Of a stretch of 64,000 nucleotides of DNA, positions 33,948 to 49,475 are shown piece by piece. This DNA comes from Octopus sinensis (Eukaryota). The notes under the pieces are model-generated. The model was not told where the DNA came from. It did not search any database and saw nothing but the letters and a program-made list of their open reading frames with translations. Position numbers and translations under genes: made by a program. The DNA lies in NCBI RefSeq assembly GCF_006345805.1, contig NC_042997.1, positions 60,822,001 through 60,886,000 on the forward strand, written 5' to 3'. Each line of letters opens with the position of its first letter. Positions within the stretch are counted from its first letter, which is position 1.

Positions 33948-36900
33948 CTGTAAAAAAATTAAATATATTGAAAATATATTGATTATTTTTCAATAGGAAA
34001 CCCATTCTTTAAGTGATTTCTTTTATGTAATATTCTCTTCCAAATAGAATTTAGAGTATAAACATGGAAATATCCTGATGGCTGTTATTTATTTGATATT
34101 AATATAATAAATAATAATCTATATTTGTTTTTAAATTAACAAACCTTTTCAAGGAATATTTAAAATTTTGTTAAAATGATTTATTAATCTACAGTAGCAA
34201 TTTTGAATATAATAAAAGGGAACTGAATTATTTTATTATTATTTGTTATATATTTTTTTTGGAAAAAAAATAATTCAAAACATTTTAAACCTGTATATTA
34301 AAGCACAATATTTAAGGATATGAGTCTCATGTTGATTAGTATTGAATTAAATATGTATTACTGATATCTATTATATTTTTATAGTACTACTGGCAGCCTG
34401 TCAGGTGTTATAGCAGTTACTGCATTCTAAAAATGGCTTCATTCATTCACTCAATGCCTTTTTTTCATTCAAGTTAATGTCATATGGTCAGTTCATCACG
34501 AAGAAATTGATATTAAACATAAACATCAGTTTGGTATCAAAAGTGAAACAAGACCACTTGCAGTATTCAAACCACACATTGTCACTTGCTGGACAACCAC
34601 ATTACCAATTACACTACATGATGTTCATCATTGTTAACAGTAAATCAAAGTGAGGCATTTTGCTATGTTAGCCATTAAAATATATTATATTTATAAATGG
34701 AGTTTAACCTGTTCTGCAATACTAAATAATTATCTTCAGGAGATAAAAATGTCAAGATAAAAAGAGATAAAAATAACACAGTTAAAATAAAATAGCAGTA
34801 AAAAAAAAGTTTTGTAAGAGAAGGATTGGTAGATTCCTTTCAGTGGGCCTGTTTCTTTTTTCTATCTCAAATTAGCACTTATAATATCTTCTATTTCTTT
34901 ATAGTATGAATGATTAGCTAGCCATATGTCATTAATTTGAATTGTATACCTTAGAATAGTAAATTCTATCCTATTAAAAAATATATGCTGTTTTCAGAAA
35001 ATAGTAACAGTTAAACTTTCAATCACCTATCTCAATTACAGCAAACCATTCCAAAATAAGACTAATAGCTGTCAAAAGAGATTTTTTAAGCAAAGCGATA
35101 TATTATAAATATCTTTACTACAAGCCTCAGGTTGAATCACAGCCCATTCAAGTGAAGTAGTGCCTGCATAGAGAAAAGGGAAGAAAACCAAATCTGAGAT
35201 TCTAATCTTACTTAGAAGTTCATCAACTATCTTTTTTCTCATAAGAATATTCCTGCTTAATTCATCATATTCTATGGTTATTAACATGGTTGTTACTCTT
35301 CAACTCCCTCAAACAACTTTTTCATATCACTAAATAAAATAGAATAAGAAGGTTTTATTTTATTTCTGTTATCACAATAAAACCATAGTTAACCAGGGTT
35401 TACTTCTAATTTAAAACTTGTAGAAAACCAAGAATTTGTTTTTACTTTCTAATATATGCATGTTCTTGATCATAGAAGCCTTTTGTAAAACCAAAAATTT
35501 AAAACGTTATTGGAATCAAAAATAATATTTGTACTGTGAGATCATAGGTAAATCAAAAAAGATAACTGAATGTAAACTGCTACTAAGAAAGACATAATTC
35601 AGCTGGTTTTTATTTAAGAAAAGCATTGGGAATGTTTTGAAATTAATTATATAGAAAATGAATAGGTAAAAGACTGTCATACTTAGTCAAATTTATTTTT
35701 AGTATTAATAATATTCTGCTCTCCTGGTAGAATTTTATAAAGAAATTGTATGCTTGTTTTCTTTTTGTATCATACAAATATATCATATTTGACATTTATT
35801 AAATTATGATAATGTTTAATTACCTTTCAAATTCAGAAATAAACAACATAACCAAAAGAATGGAATGAAGCAATTCTCAATAATGACAAAGAGAAAGAAG
35901 TTTGCCAACTTCTAAGTCACTCTTTTATGATATAAGAAAAATTTGTTAAAATATCTGAGAATAATAGTCAGTAGAATGAAAAATTCTAGAGATATTTGAA
36001 GTAAATGTTAGATACTATATAAATACAAAATAATAAATTGCAATCATAAATTTTTAGTTTTGTTACTGTAGTATATCCTTAATTATTCTTTGAAATAATA
36101 ATATTTGAAATAATAAACATTTACATTTTGATGAAATTTCTTTGCCAATATGTATCATTTAACTTTAACTTTTAACATAGCTGAGAAACATTTTTTCAAG
36201 AAAGAATATAGAATGATTCAAGTAATTAGAAGATACTTGTAACTATCTTCTAATTACTTTCATTTTGTAACAGATATAAAAAAAAAGTTTTAATAATTTA
36301 AATAGAACAGTATAAACTTGTCGCAAAGAATCTTGAGTAATATTAAAATAATTGTTAAATATTCTAAATAAAGAACGTTCACCTTAGCTTTATATTAAAT
36401 TTTGGTTTCAATGCAAATTGAGCCTGATTGATCTGAACAAAATATATTCATGCATTTTAGCTTAGAAATATTGATTTCTTACATTTGGTATAAGTTTTCA
36501 GTTAATAAATAAGAGAGATAAGATAATGTGATGTAAATGACTTTATATAGCTACCACCCAGTATGACTTCTGAGTTGTGGGTTCATCTACCATTCAAGAA
36601 TTTATATTTGTTGTTCAATACATTGTAAAAATATAGTAAATATGTGAATGTCCATGTAAATAACTGCATTGGTTAACATTTGTTAGCATTTTCTTGGAGA
36701 GAATTATGTAAAACATATAGCTTTTCTTTATCTAATTAAAACTGTAGCCTTTTCCTTTACTGTCAAAGAGAAGTTACATCATTCTTCAATGTAATAAGTG
36801 AAATATTTATTTCAAAACCTGACAGTATCAAGGACTTATGTTTCCATAAATAACATCCATCATTTAAAAACGTTTTATGTGTTTATCGAAAGAGGAAGAG

Positions 36901-37085
36901 CAATGTCCATTATCTTCTTTGGTCTTCTCATAATTGTGAGATTGATGTAATTGATGTTTGAACATGTGTAAGTAAATAAGAGTGGGAACTGTAAAGTGTA
37001 TCAAAGTTCAGGGAATGAAGGCTTATGAAAAGTGTTGTGTGGACAGTCAAAGTTATTCTCCACTTCCAAAGTATTTTCCCAGATA

Positions 37086-37363
<278 letters not shown>

Positions 37364-39630
37364 GAATGAGAGAGAGAGAGATTGAAAAGTTCGGTAAGTC
37401 ACTAAGAGTGATAAAATGAATATTGTTGAGACTGAACACCAAGTTGAATTAAAGAGATCAGAATTTTTCTACAAGTGTCAGTAGTATGAGGTGATGATAC
37501 TGATGGTATGAAAGAGAATTTGGAGAAAGTTTTGTTGAGTGCAGGCAGCTTGGACTTGGAAGTAGAAGAGGTAGCAAATGTAGTGTTTTTCAGTTGAAGT
37601 GTTACTAAAAGACCATCTTTATTCAGAAGAGGTAGGTAAGAGGATAATGCAAAGTAAGTTAAGATCCTCTTTTTAAGGGAGTTGAAATGAAAACTTGCAG
37701 TCCATGCAATACCCAAGAAATTCTTTACTTTTCTGAGGATAGTTTTGCACACATCAAAATTGTAAGAGGCCTCCTACAAATGGTGTAGAGGGTATGTATT
37801 CTTTGTTATATTGCTTTGAGATACTTTGAGGACAACAAATTAAATCTACCTTCTTTGTAAATCCTGTTCCACACTTTTTGTTCAGGTGTGACAAGAAAAC
37901 TTATAGCAAAGAATATAAAAAAAAAATAGAACTTAAGATGTTGCTTGACTTTTAAAACTATATGTTTTCACAATTAAATTCAATAACTTTTTTCCATGAA
38001 TAATATATAACAAAGTTAGATGATACATTAGCAAATTACTTAACATTCTGAAATTAAAAATAAGCATTTATTTAATTTCATTTTTTAAAACAATTAATCT
38101 AAAAGAAGTGATAATTATGTCTTTAAGTAGCAAATAACAGGTTAAAAAATTTAAAAACTTTCAAAACAAAATGAAAAAATTTACATTAAATTTAAGGTGC
38201 ATTTCACAGAAACAAAATTTGGTGAGGAAATGATTGTCTGAAAAGTAAGATATATTTTGGTCCATGAAATAATGTTTTTGTTCACGGATGAACTCACTGC
38301 ACAGTTGAAAAATTGATTTAGTTTCAAATTTCATAAAAGATTTCTTTATACACATCTAAGTAGACTTTGGATGTTTATATTTAATAGAATTATACATCTG
38401 TGTATGTATAAATATATATGCATGTATACATACATAAGTATATACATACACATAAAAAAGCCTGAATTGAAAATTGCTTTCAATAATGCTTTCAGCTGTG
38501 CAAAAAATAACTTATTAAATCTATAGTTGAAGAAAATATGTTCAAAATTAAAGTTAAAAGCAATAAACAGATTTAAGAAATAGTTGAAAGGAAACAAGTG
38601 CTGATTTTGAAGTTAAGGAGAAATGCATGCAGCTAATTTGAGAAGCTAAAAAATATATCAGTTAGCAGAAAAAAGGCGGCCACATATTAGTTAAATCCAG
38701 TATTAGATTTTAGAAATAAAGATAACTTAATGGGAACAAAATAAGTCATATTTATTAATACTGATATGTTTTAGGGATACTGAAAACTATGATTTTAATT
38801 ATAAATATTATTTCTACTAATTTTACACAAAATTACTGTTGAAATACTTTAAATATTACAACTAGTTTAATAAAGTATATTTTGATTTACTTTTGACTAC
38901 AGTTCATCTGAATTTACATTGAATCTGTTTCATACACTTAAGTAAAGTGCTAGTTACACTAAAATATTGACAGCATTTTATTATATCATAAAACATTTTA
39001 ATTATAGAAATATGAAGGAATTAATGAGGAAAAAATCAAGAATATATTGAAAAGATTCAAAGACAGTTGGCATCAACTTGAAAAGATTTAAGTCAAGAAA
39101 ACGTTTTTCCAGTTATCCATTCACATATAATGTTATATGTGTAAAAAAAGTACGCCAACGCACATTTGAGTATGACATGATATCAGCATGATCCATGCTG
39201 TTTGTTAATGTTTTCTAGGTGCCCATATAGTTGTGAACAGTCATTGACACCCACATGAGCCTCCCACTCTTAACTCCAAAATGTGACTGCTGAAGGAAGA
39301 AAAGGTTGAAAGGCAAAGTTGACCTTAGTGGCATTTAAACTCAGAAGACAAAGCATCAGAACAAATACAGGAAGGTGCATGGCTTTAACGATTCAGACAA
39401 TTTGCCTCAATGTAACATATGTAATGAATATTCAGTTTATCTAACAAGACAAATATTAAATTACATATACAGGGGTATATTTTACCACTTAAAGCAATAT
39501 TACTGTGCATTAATGTGTTCAAAGACTATATGCTTTTGAACTCAGAACTTTGAGCTAATGACACCCTCATTTGTGTGCAGTAATATTAATGGGATATCCC
39601 ATAATTAATGCATTGATGTGCAGTAATATT

Positions 39631-40903
39631 TATGGGTTATCCTATAAATAATGTGGTTTTTTTCAATTGCATGAACTAAAAGTCGGAGGGAAATGGGATA
39701 AACTACCTGCATCAACTTGCTATAACAGTAGGCAACAATTTTACCTTGTATTTATTCTTAGTGCAAGTTTTGATTTTAAGAGGGCAGTTTGATTTTAACA
39801 GTTATTTTTTCAAAGCTATAATGGAAGTGACGAAGGAGCATATTTGGTATATAATGCTTTATGAGTTCAATAAAGGCAACAATGCAATGAAAAGTGCAAG
39901 AAATATTAATGCAGTATATGGGAGCTGACAATAAGCATAAGTCAGTGTCAACGGTGGTTCCAGAAATTCCAAGCCAGAAACTACAGCTTAGCCTAGAAGA
40001 CAAGCCTCATCCTGGAAGATCTGCAGAGCTCAACGAGGATGTCCTGCAAACTCTGGTAGAACAAAATCCCATTGTAACTGTTGAGAAACTAGCAGAGAAG
40101 CTAGGATTTGGTCATTCAACAATTCATTGACACCTGCGTGCCATTGGGTATGTCAGCAAATTGGGTTAATGTGTTCCTCACAAATTTTCCAAATCTAACT
40201 GCGTGCAGAGAGTGAATGTGTGCTCTTCTTTGCTGTTACATCTCATGAATGAACTGTTTTTGAAGTGAATAGTGACTGGTGACAAGAAATGGTTTCTCTA
40301 TAAAATGTCAAGCACCAAAGACAGTGGGTAGGGAAAGGAGAAATACTGGCGTCCCAGGGTAAAGAAGGTGTTGTTATGTTTAGTGGGATACAAAAGGTTT
40401 AGTCCACTTTTAAACCCAAACCAAACGATAGCAAAGGAGATTTACTGTGAGCAGCTTGAGTGGCATAAGTCAGCACTGGAAGGAAAACGACCATCTTTGG
40501 TTTCAAGACGAAAGGTGTTCTTCCATCAAGGTAATGCTTGGCCACATACAGTGAGGATAACATTCCAAAGACTGGAGCAGATTGAATGTGAAACAATGCC
40601 CCACCCACCATATTTGCTGAACATTGCCCCATCTGATTATCATTTATTCCGCAATCTTCAAAATCATTTGGATGGAAAAAATATGAATTCTGTAGATGAG
40701 GTCAGAATAGTATTGGAGGAGCTTTTTCATGCTGGACAAGTGAATTTTGGAAGAGGGGCCTCGCAAGTCTACCAGATAAATGGAAGAGCATTGTAGAAAA
40801 TGAAAGAGAGTATATTTTAGATTAAAAAAGAATTTTGATTATCTTAATCTTGAAAAATAAAAAAAGTATAAGAAAACTGCATTATTTATGGGATGACTCA
40901 ATA
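39631..40903 (+). mobile_element. Full-length but decayed mariner (D,D34D-type) transposon
   Basis: TIRs at about 39631-39660 and 40873-40903 with TA ends. Transposase remnants MEVTKEHIWYIMLYEFNKGNNA, LEDKPHPGRS, IVTGDKKW, GNAWPH and HPPYLLNIAPSDYHLF are broken by stops and frameshifts. Confidence 0.9.
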
Positions 40904-42957
40904 GCAATGTTTGGTTAGCATAAAAAAAATTAATATTCAATCATCCCACACATACTGTCAGTACTTGACCTTTAACAGTCAGAGATATGTATCAATAGGC
41001 AATCAATCCCACTTAGTTTCTTGCTACAAAATCTATTACCTATTTTCAACAGCTTGGTGAACAGAAATGATGTCAAATATTGTGTTCTCTTCCGAATCAC
41101 AAGGCAACATCTATAGAAAATCTGTGCTATTGACCCACATGTAAGCCCAATATTTTATTCACTTTGCTTTTTACTTCTAGCCATCCATATCATCATTTTA
41201 AGATCAGTTTTTTTTTGTTGAAATGAATCAGATCTGTCTTCCATACAACATATGGCAATTTGTCTTCAGAAAGTGTTATCTCTGAGATATCAATACTTCT
41301 CAACATCTTGGACCATTCACTTTCCATTATCAAGACATCTCATTTGTTATTTATCAATTTTTACCCTATGTTCACTATAGGCATTTGTTTCTCTTGCATA
41401 CACTAGACCATGTCTTTCATAGTAGTAGCATTCAGTTCACATGTGCTCCAGCTGTCATGTAATATAACATTACACAAATAATGGACTATATGGTTCATTT
41501 CTCTCTAGGTTCTGCAAATTTTCAACATTTACTATATGTTTTACCACTGCAGTAGCACATTTCTTATGCATTTCATATAGGGAGGGGAATCCTTATGTAT
41601 GGGAAGAATGTAGCATCTACCTGAAGTTTTTTCCATTCTTTCTGACTATCTAGTATAAATTATTCAAACATTCTTTAATTAGATCACCCACTCAAAAAAA
41701 TAAAAAAATCTCATCGATGATCAGTTCATAGACATCATTCTTTAAGTGCCCTTGTTACCAACTTTTACTATGCATTTAGTACAGTTTTTGTACTCTGTCA
41801 ATTAACAAGAGGCTTCTGTATTTTCTGAATACATTGTTTGCACTGAGTACACAATACCAGAATCCTATCTATCTCCTTCTTATATACCAAGTAAACTTAC
41901 TAACACTGATATCTTTTAACTCTCTGTTACTAATTTATACATTTGTCTTGGTCTTTGCACTTTTAGTCTTTTGGAATGTGAAATATTCCAAGTTTGGAAC
42001 TGTTACTGAAACTCTTTGACAGATTCTGCAATGACAGCCAGTATCCTGTGGGAGCCTTCTCTCATTTCTGACAAGTCAACTGTGAAATGCAGATACTTGA
42101 GTTTAGCCAAAAACTTTATTTGCAATTGTCTCACAAAAAACATATCATATTCTAGTATAAACTGAAATTTATCTTATCCAAACTAGATCTATATTGTGAT
42201 TTTTAAATCATAATGACCTTTGAACTGTTGGCCATTTTCCCATATTTGAAACTATACTATTATGAACTACAATATTGAGCAAGTAACTATCAAACTTTTA
42301 TATAGTCTAATCTTTTCAGCATTTCAGCAAGTTTGCTTAAGGGACCTGTAACTTTCCATACCTTTATCTTCATAATTAATTTATAAGCTACCCTTAATTT
42401 ATGTTCTATAGCTGGTCTTTCAAGAACTTCCACACGTACAAAAATTTTCAATCTCATTTCCAGTTCACACTTACAAATGCAATCATAACACACACACACA
42501 CACAGACACACATGTACATGCATGCACGTGCGCACGCACACGCACACACACACACACACACACACAAAACAAATAAGAACAGTTGTTACACTTTCTAAGC
42601 CTAGATGCTCACCTTTTCAGTAACTGCATCTATAAATGAAACTATTACTGTTAAAATCACAGATAAGTTAGTGCAAGCAGTAATAAGATAGATTTTTTTT
42701 CTTCCTAGTATCATGGTCTTTGTCCAGAGTTTAAGGAGCTGCTTTAATAATATTAAATTTTTAAAGCTATATTCTTGCATTTTTCACATCTACAAGCCCA
42801 AATGATATTCCAGCACTATGCCTCAGACTTCACACCTATACAACTCCAAAAATATTCAAACTTTTTTATTGAAAGGTATCTACTTAAGAGTCCTGGAAAG
42901 ATGCTAGTGCATGTTACAATCCTGTTGATATAATGGAATCTGCTATTACCTATTATT

Positions 42958-42989
<32 letters not shown>

Positions 42990-42993
<4 letters not shown>

Positions 42994-43283
42994 TGTTTCA
43001 GTCATTTGACTGGGGCCATGATGGAGCTCCACTTTTAATCAAACAGATTGATCCCAGGACTCATCCTATCGGTCTCTTTTGCATAACTGCTAAGTTATGG
43101 GGATGTAAACACACCATCCTCAATTGTCAAGCAATGGTCGAGGAAGGGAAACATAGACACAAACACACACATATGACGGGCTTCTTTCAGTTCCTGTCTA
43201 CCAAATCCACCCACAAGTGGAACTGAACCTGGAACCATGTAGTTAGTAAGCAAACTACTTACCACACAGCCATGCCTGCACCT
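42990..43283 (-). mobile_element. SINE family A copy
   Basis: ttgtttcagtcatttgactggggccatg...accacacagccatgcctgcacc, near-collinear with 49935-50240. Confidence 0.8.
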
Positions 43284-43310
43284 ATATATAAATATATATA
43301 TATATATTTA

Positions 43311-44592
43311 CATGAGGGGGTACTCAAATGTAACTGGAAATGTTCTCTGTGAGACAAGCCCAATGTAGTTCCGGCTTTCACCACTTGATGTGACCCTCAG
43401 ACCTCAGTCTGCTGACTGGTGGCATCCTGTGGTGCATCTTTATTTTGCAGCACTTCCTCACTATGCATTAATTTTTGCAATGGCTGAAATGAAGGGACAA
43501 TGTGATTCCATGAAATTCTGTTTTCTGCTGCAGAAAACGGTGGCTGAAACAGTTCTCATGCTTCAAACAGCTTGCAAGGACACTGCTATGACCAAAGCAC
43601 AAGTTTATGAGGGCTTTTCATATTCTAGGAATGGTCACTTGTCACTTGAAGATCAACCTCATGCAGGATGACCATTGACCTCCCAAACAAATGAAAATTC
43701 ATGATCCTGGAGAACTATCACTGAACAATTGATAAACTTTTTGATATAACCGGTGTGTCCTGGAGCTCCTCCCAATGAATTTTGAGTGAGGAATTGCAAG
43801 TGAAAAGAGTTGCAGTGAAATTTGTGCCTCCCTTGCTCACAGAAGATCAAAAGCAGTCACAACTGAATGCATGTCTTGAACTCAAAGAACAGTTGGAAGT
43901 TAATCCGAACCTTTTTTGAAGGTCATCACTGGTGATGAAAGCTAGTGCTACAGCTATGACCTGGAAACAAAGCAGTAATCAAGTCAATGGAAGCATTCAA
44001 TGTCACTACACCACTAAAAAGTGTGGCAAGTGAAATCCAATGTCAAGAAAATGCTGATTTGTTTCATTGATGCAAAAGGAATTGTCCACACAGCATTTGT
44101 TCCTCCTGGTCAAACTGTTAACTAGACATTTTACTTGGCAGTTCAGAAGCATTTGTGAAAGACGGTGAGATGAAAATGCCCCAACCAGTGGCAAAATAGA
44201 GAGCAGTGGTTTCATTAAGACCCTGCTCCTTTGCACATTGCCTTGAGTGTGAGACAGTTTTTGACTAAAAATGCCACGAACACACTTACCCAACCCTCCT
44301 ATTCAGCCAATCTCGCACCCAGCAATTTCCTTTTGTTCTCCTGAATGAAAAAAGCCCTGAAAGGAAACGTTTTGCAGATGTGAAAGAGGTGAAGAAACAA
44401 ATGATGGAGGCATCACTTCGCATAAAAGGCATCACTTCGCAAGAATTCTGGGATTGCTTCGAACAATGGAAAATGCATCAGGACCAATGAATTGCTTCAA
44501 ATGGAGAATGCTTTCAAGGCAAAAAACTGTAAATATGTAAAACTAAGTGAGTAAAATAATATTGAAAAATTCCAGTTTCTTTTGGGTACCCT
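43311..44592 (+). mobile_element. Second decayed mariner family element
   Basis: TIR-like catgagggggtactcaaatgtaactggaa at the left and ttccagtttcttttgggtaccc at the right. Remnants include MKFCFLLQKTVAETVLMLQTA...SLEDQP, ITGDES and HPPYSANLAP-like segments. Confidence 0.85.
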
Positions 44593-44594
44593 GG

Positions 44595-44842
44595 CATTTA
44601 AAAAGCACCATTTGAACATGGTTGTTACTAGTCCTACCTGCCTGGCCTCTGTGCAAGTAGCACATAAAAAGCACCCACTACACTCTCAGAGTGGTTGTTG
44701 TTAGGAAGGGTTTCCAGCTGTAGAAACTTCCCAGAACAGATTGGAGCCTGGTGCAGCCTCCTGGCTTGCAAGTCCTCAGTCAAACCATCCAACTCATGCC
44801 AGCATGTAAAGCAAATGTTAAAAGATGATGATGATGATAATA
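44595..44842 (+). mobile_element. RTE-type 3' end with (GAT)n tail
   Basis: gcacataaaaagcacccactacactctcagagtggttg...gattggagcctggtgcagcc...gttaaaagatgatgatgat. Confidence 0.75.
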
Positions 44843-44919
44843 TACGTTATGTGTGTGTGCTTTTGTGTGTGTGTGTGTGCGTGTGTGTGTGTGTATATAT
44901 TTCTATGCACGTGTATTTA

Positions 44920-44957
<38 letters not shown>

Positions 44958-46485
44958 TGCTGGTTATTGTGTTGAGTCATAATAAAAACAAATCTATAAT
45001 AAACTAAAGAACTACTTAATACTTTTTGTAAATATAATTTTTATTATTCTTTTACAAGAATAGTGTTGGCAATGATTTCAAAGTTTCATCCTGCACAGTC
45101 TTTATCAGACTAGGCAGGGACATCTCTTTTTATCATGAGCATTATACTATAATAATGAGCTGAGCTCTTCATAACAAGCATGATAAACTCCGGCTTATAG
45201 TGAACTATTACACCTGCCTCTTTACTTTTCATCAACCATTTGCAGTCTCTCTCTTCTCAAACATTCATCAATAACATCAACAAAATGTAGTTGTTCATTC
45301 TGCAAACTGATGAGCCATGAAACTTCCTTTCCTTCAATTTGCTCCTATATTATACCATAAATTTTCATACTTCAATTTATTCAAATCATATTTGTCCTCG
45401 TACTTTTCCGCTTTAAAATGATGCAATATATTACAAATGTGTCACACTACATACTACAAACAACACAAATATTCGACTCATTAGCAGAAGACTATGTAAT
45501 AACTTGGTCACTCAAGTTCAGGATTCATGTCAGAATTGTTGCAACTTTTAATCACAAATTGTAGTCATGATTGGCAAGTAGGGTCTTTATTGGTAACACA
45601 ATACAACACATTTATCAGACATTTAGTAACTATCAGTTATGAAAGTAAAACCTAAAATAGATCTCACTCTCTTTCTCCTCCTAGTTTTCTCACTTACACA
45701 AGTGCAAAGAGAAATGATATGGTAAACTTGGTGATGATATTAAAAAGAAACTGAAATTTAATATGAGAAACATAATTATTAGGATCTTTTAGTCTATATT
45801 GCAAGGAAAGTAATTTCCTTTCAGAATGAAAATACACTGTATTAGAAATATAGGAAAGAAGCTTTAGAAGAGCTCAGGGGAACTTTCAATGATCAAAACA
45901 AAATGAAGAGAAGATATGAAATTAGAGAAGGTAAGAAGATAGCTGAGAACAAATAATAACTAATAGCATTGGTAGGTTTCAGATTGATCATAGAAATAGT
46001 GATAAAAATTTATTTATGATGGGTTAAAATACTGAGATCCATGAAAAGAAATATTTTATATAGAATCATGAAAATAATAGACCCAGCTTCTATTACAAGA
46101 TAATGTTTATTTAACAATGGTGTTCTCATTTCACAGCAATTAAATGAAGTTTTAAAAACTAGTAGTAATAAAGATTGTCTTGATATAAGGGAAGTTTTTA
46201 AAATAATAAAATGGTATTTAATAACATTGTCATTAGTATTTTTACTTATTTTGTTGACCTCATGTGACTGAAAGGAAAACCTTACAAAGGAAACTTGACA
46301 AAAAGCTTTTTGTGCAGCACACCTTCCATGTGCACCAAAGTAAGTACCAAACTGGCAGTAGAAATAAAAAATAGAAATACACACACCAGAAACATGCATA
46401 AAGAAAAGAGAAGGGAAGACAGAATGAAGTTAAAGAGATTGTGAAATAAGTACAGTGACGCAAAGAGAATGAGAGAGAGAGAGTT

Positions 46486-46520
<35 letters not shown>

Positions 46521-46647
46521 TAGTAAGTGAGACAAAGATAGAGAAAGATAGAAAATAAGCAACAAAGTGCAAAAAGGAGATGTCTTCATTTCTTTGATGT
46601 CTAAATTACTTTTTACTACAGCTAACCATTATTTTATTTTGAAATAC

Positions 46648-46686
<39 letters not shown>

Positions 46687-46759
46687 ACACACTCTCTCTC
46701 TCTGTCTCATTCTCTTTCTGTCACTGTACTTATTTCACAATATCTTTAACTTGAAATAG

Positions 46760-46785
46760 AATATATATATATATATATACATACA

Positions 46786-46848
<63 letters not shown>

Positions 46849-47063
46849 AAATTAATTATCGCCATACTTATATGGCAGTCTTATAAATATAAGACTAAAG
46901 CTGTCGCTGATTAGCTCCAAGAGGCCACCAGCTCAAGCTAGCTATTTGACACACAATCTGCGTCCATTATATATATATGTATGTGTATATATACAAATAT
47001 ATATATAAATGTATATATATATATATGTATATGTATATATATAAAATATATATATATAATGTA

Positions 47064-47094
<31 letters not shown>

Positions 47095-47249
47095 TTATAT
47101 ATACATTATATATATACACACATAGCTAGCTATTTGACACACAATCTGCGTCCATTATATATATATGTATGTGTATATATACAAATATATATATAAATGT
47201 ATATATATATATATGTATATGTAGATAATATAAAATATATATATATAAA

Positions 47250-47282
<33 letters not shown>

Positions 47283-47346
47283 TTATATATACATTTATAT
47301 ATATATACACATATATATATATACATTATATATGTATATATATATC

Positions 47347-47378
<32 letters not shown>

Positions 47379-48426
47379 CATTATATATATATACACATAT
47401 ATATATATATTTATATATACATTTATATATATATACACATAATATAATACATTTATATAAATATATATATATATATAATATAAATGTATATATATATGAA
47501 TATAAATGTATGTGTATATATATATAAATGTGTATATTATATACTGTATGTATATATATGCATATATGTAAATGTGTATATATATATATAATGTGTGTGT
47601 GTATATTATATATATATATTATATATATATAATGTATATATATAAATGTGTATATATATATATATATAATATATTATAAATGCATATATATATATAATAT
47701 ATCTTATATATATATATAATATATATAGATATTATAATGTATGTATATATATTATAAATATAAATGTATGTAATATATATTAAATGTATATATATATATA
47801 TATATATATAGATAGAAATTCGGGGTGAGTACTTGATAATGTAAGCACCTGTATATACCGTTTGGTGGTGTAGGTGGTGGAGTAAATTAATCAAAATAAA
47901 AACATGACGCCAAGGATTCAGTGGTACATATGTTTCGGGCCTTTATTAGACGGATTTATAATGTGTATACATATATATATATATAAATGTGTATATATAT
48001 AAATGTATGTATATATATATGCATATATGTAAATGTGTATATATATATATATGTGTGTGTGTGTGTATATATATATATTTACACACACACACACACACAC
48101 ATTATAAACAATAAAATGTTTTGTTGATATATATATATATATATAATATATATGTGTATATATATATAAATGTATATATTTGTGTATATATATATAATGT
48201 ATATAAAATATATATATGGCATATATATATAAATGTATATATATATATATATAAATGGTATATACATAAATGTATATATATATGTAAATATATATATGTT
48301 CTTTATAAAATTATTTTAGCATTTTCTATTTTGACTTGTTTTTTCATATAAATGTATATATATATATAAAAATATATATATATATAAATGTATGTATATA
48401 TATATATATATATATAAATATAAATG

Positions 48427-48468
<42 letters not shown>

Positions 48469-48507
48469 ATGTATATATATATACATATATATATATAAAT
48501 ATAAATG

Positions 48508-48543
<36 letters not shown>

Positions 48544-48680
48544 TGTGTATATATATAAATGTATGTATATATATATGCATATATGTAAATGTGTATATAT
48601 ATATGTGTGTGTGTGTGTGTATATATACATATATATATATATTTTACACACACACACGCACATTATAAACAATAAAATGT
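46760..48680. repeat. About 1.9-kb compound TA-rich microsatellite/minisatellite array with internal duplications
   Basis: (TA)n, (TACA)n and ataaatgtat units; block agctagctatttgacacacaatctgcgtccatt occurs at 46936 and 47123; block ending acacattataaacaataaaatgt occurs near 48100 and 48660. Confidence 0.9.
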
Positions 48681-49475
48681 AATATTTAAAAGAGTAGTGA
48701 AGTATGATATATATTATTGCATATTCTATTTCTGAATGGTAATTCTACTATAAAATGTAACAGAACAAAATTGTATAAAAATATCAAGTTAAACTCACAC
48801 AAACACGCTTATTTTATTTTTTATTTTTTATATATTTATATTCATAAATACTATTTTATATATTTATATTCACAAATACTATTTTATATATTTATATTCA
48901 TAAATACTGAGGTTTTTATTTAAATAATATGATTAGCTATGATTTAAAAGTATTAACAGTATTATGTCTTCATAAAAAACGATTTCAAAGGGAAAAATTA
49001 TTGAAAACCCACTGACAAATACTGAATTCATGCTTTTTTTTGCTTACTAGCAAAATATAATAACTATTATGCAATGAGGATTTTATATTTATCCTTCTTC
49101 AATGCTTTGTTAGATATCAATGCAAATCAACTATGGCTAAGTTCTCCGAAAAGTGAGCTAGATATGAGCTTTTTATAAAAGATAGAAATAAAGTATTCAT
49201 CTGAGTTAATAGATCTCACATACCATAAGAAAGAAATACTAGACATGCTCCACCTCATTGAGTTCAGTTTCAACTTAGAATTGTTACTTGTAAATTGCAA
49301 ATATATAGCAATATATGTATATGTGTGTGCAACTATAGTATACTATCAAGTATATTAAAAACTTATAAGTTAATACTTCATTCCACTTGTGTTAGCAGTG
49401 CTATTCAAACACTTTTAAAAGTTATATCTACAGATTTTATGTTGAAAATCTAAATATATATATGTATATGGCTGC

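Noticed and set aside
37402-37790. 116-aa minus-strand ORF
   Set aside because: No splice or homology support as a host exon. It may be a LINE remnant, but I could not identify diagnostic motifs.
38290-38360. Possible exon with a good donor (gtgagt) encoding MCIKKSFMKFETKSIFQLC
   Set aside because: No resemblance to Slo2, and its phase (1) does not fit the phase 2 required by the 33947 acceptor.
45307-45324. CTGATGAG-CCAT-GAAAC, a perfect-looking hammerhead core
   Set aside because: I found no pairable stem I or stem III and no suitably placed UH triplet on either side; probably chance.
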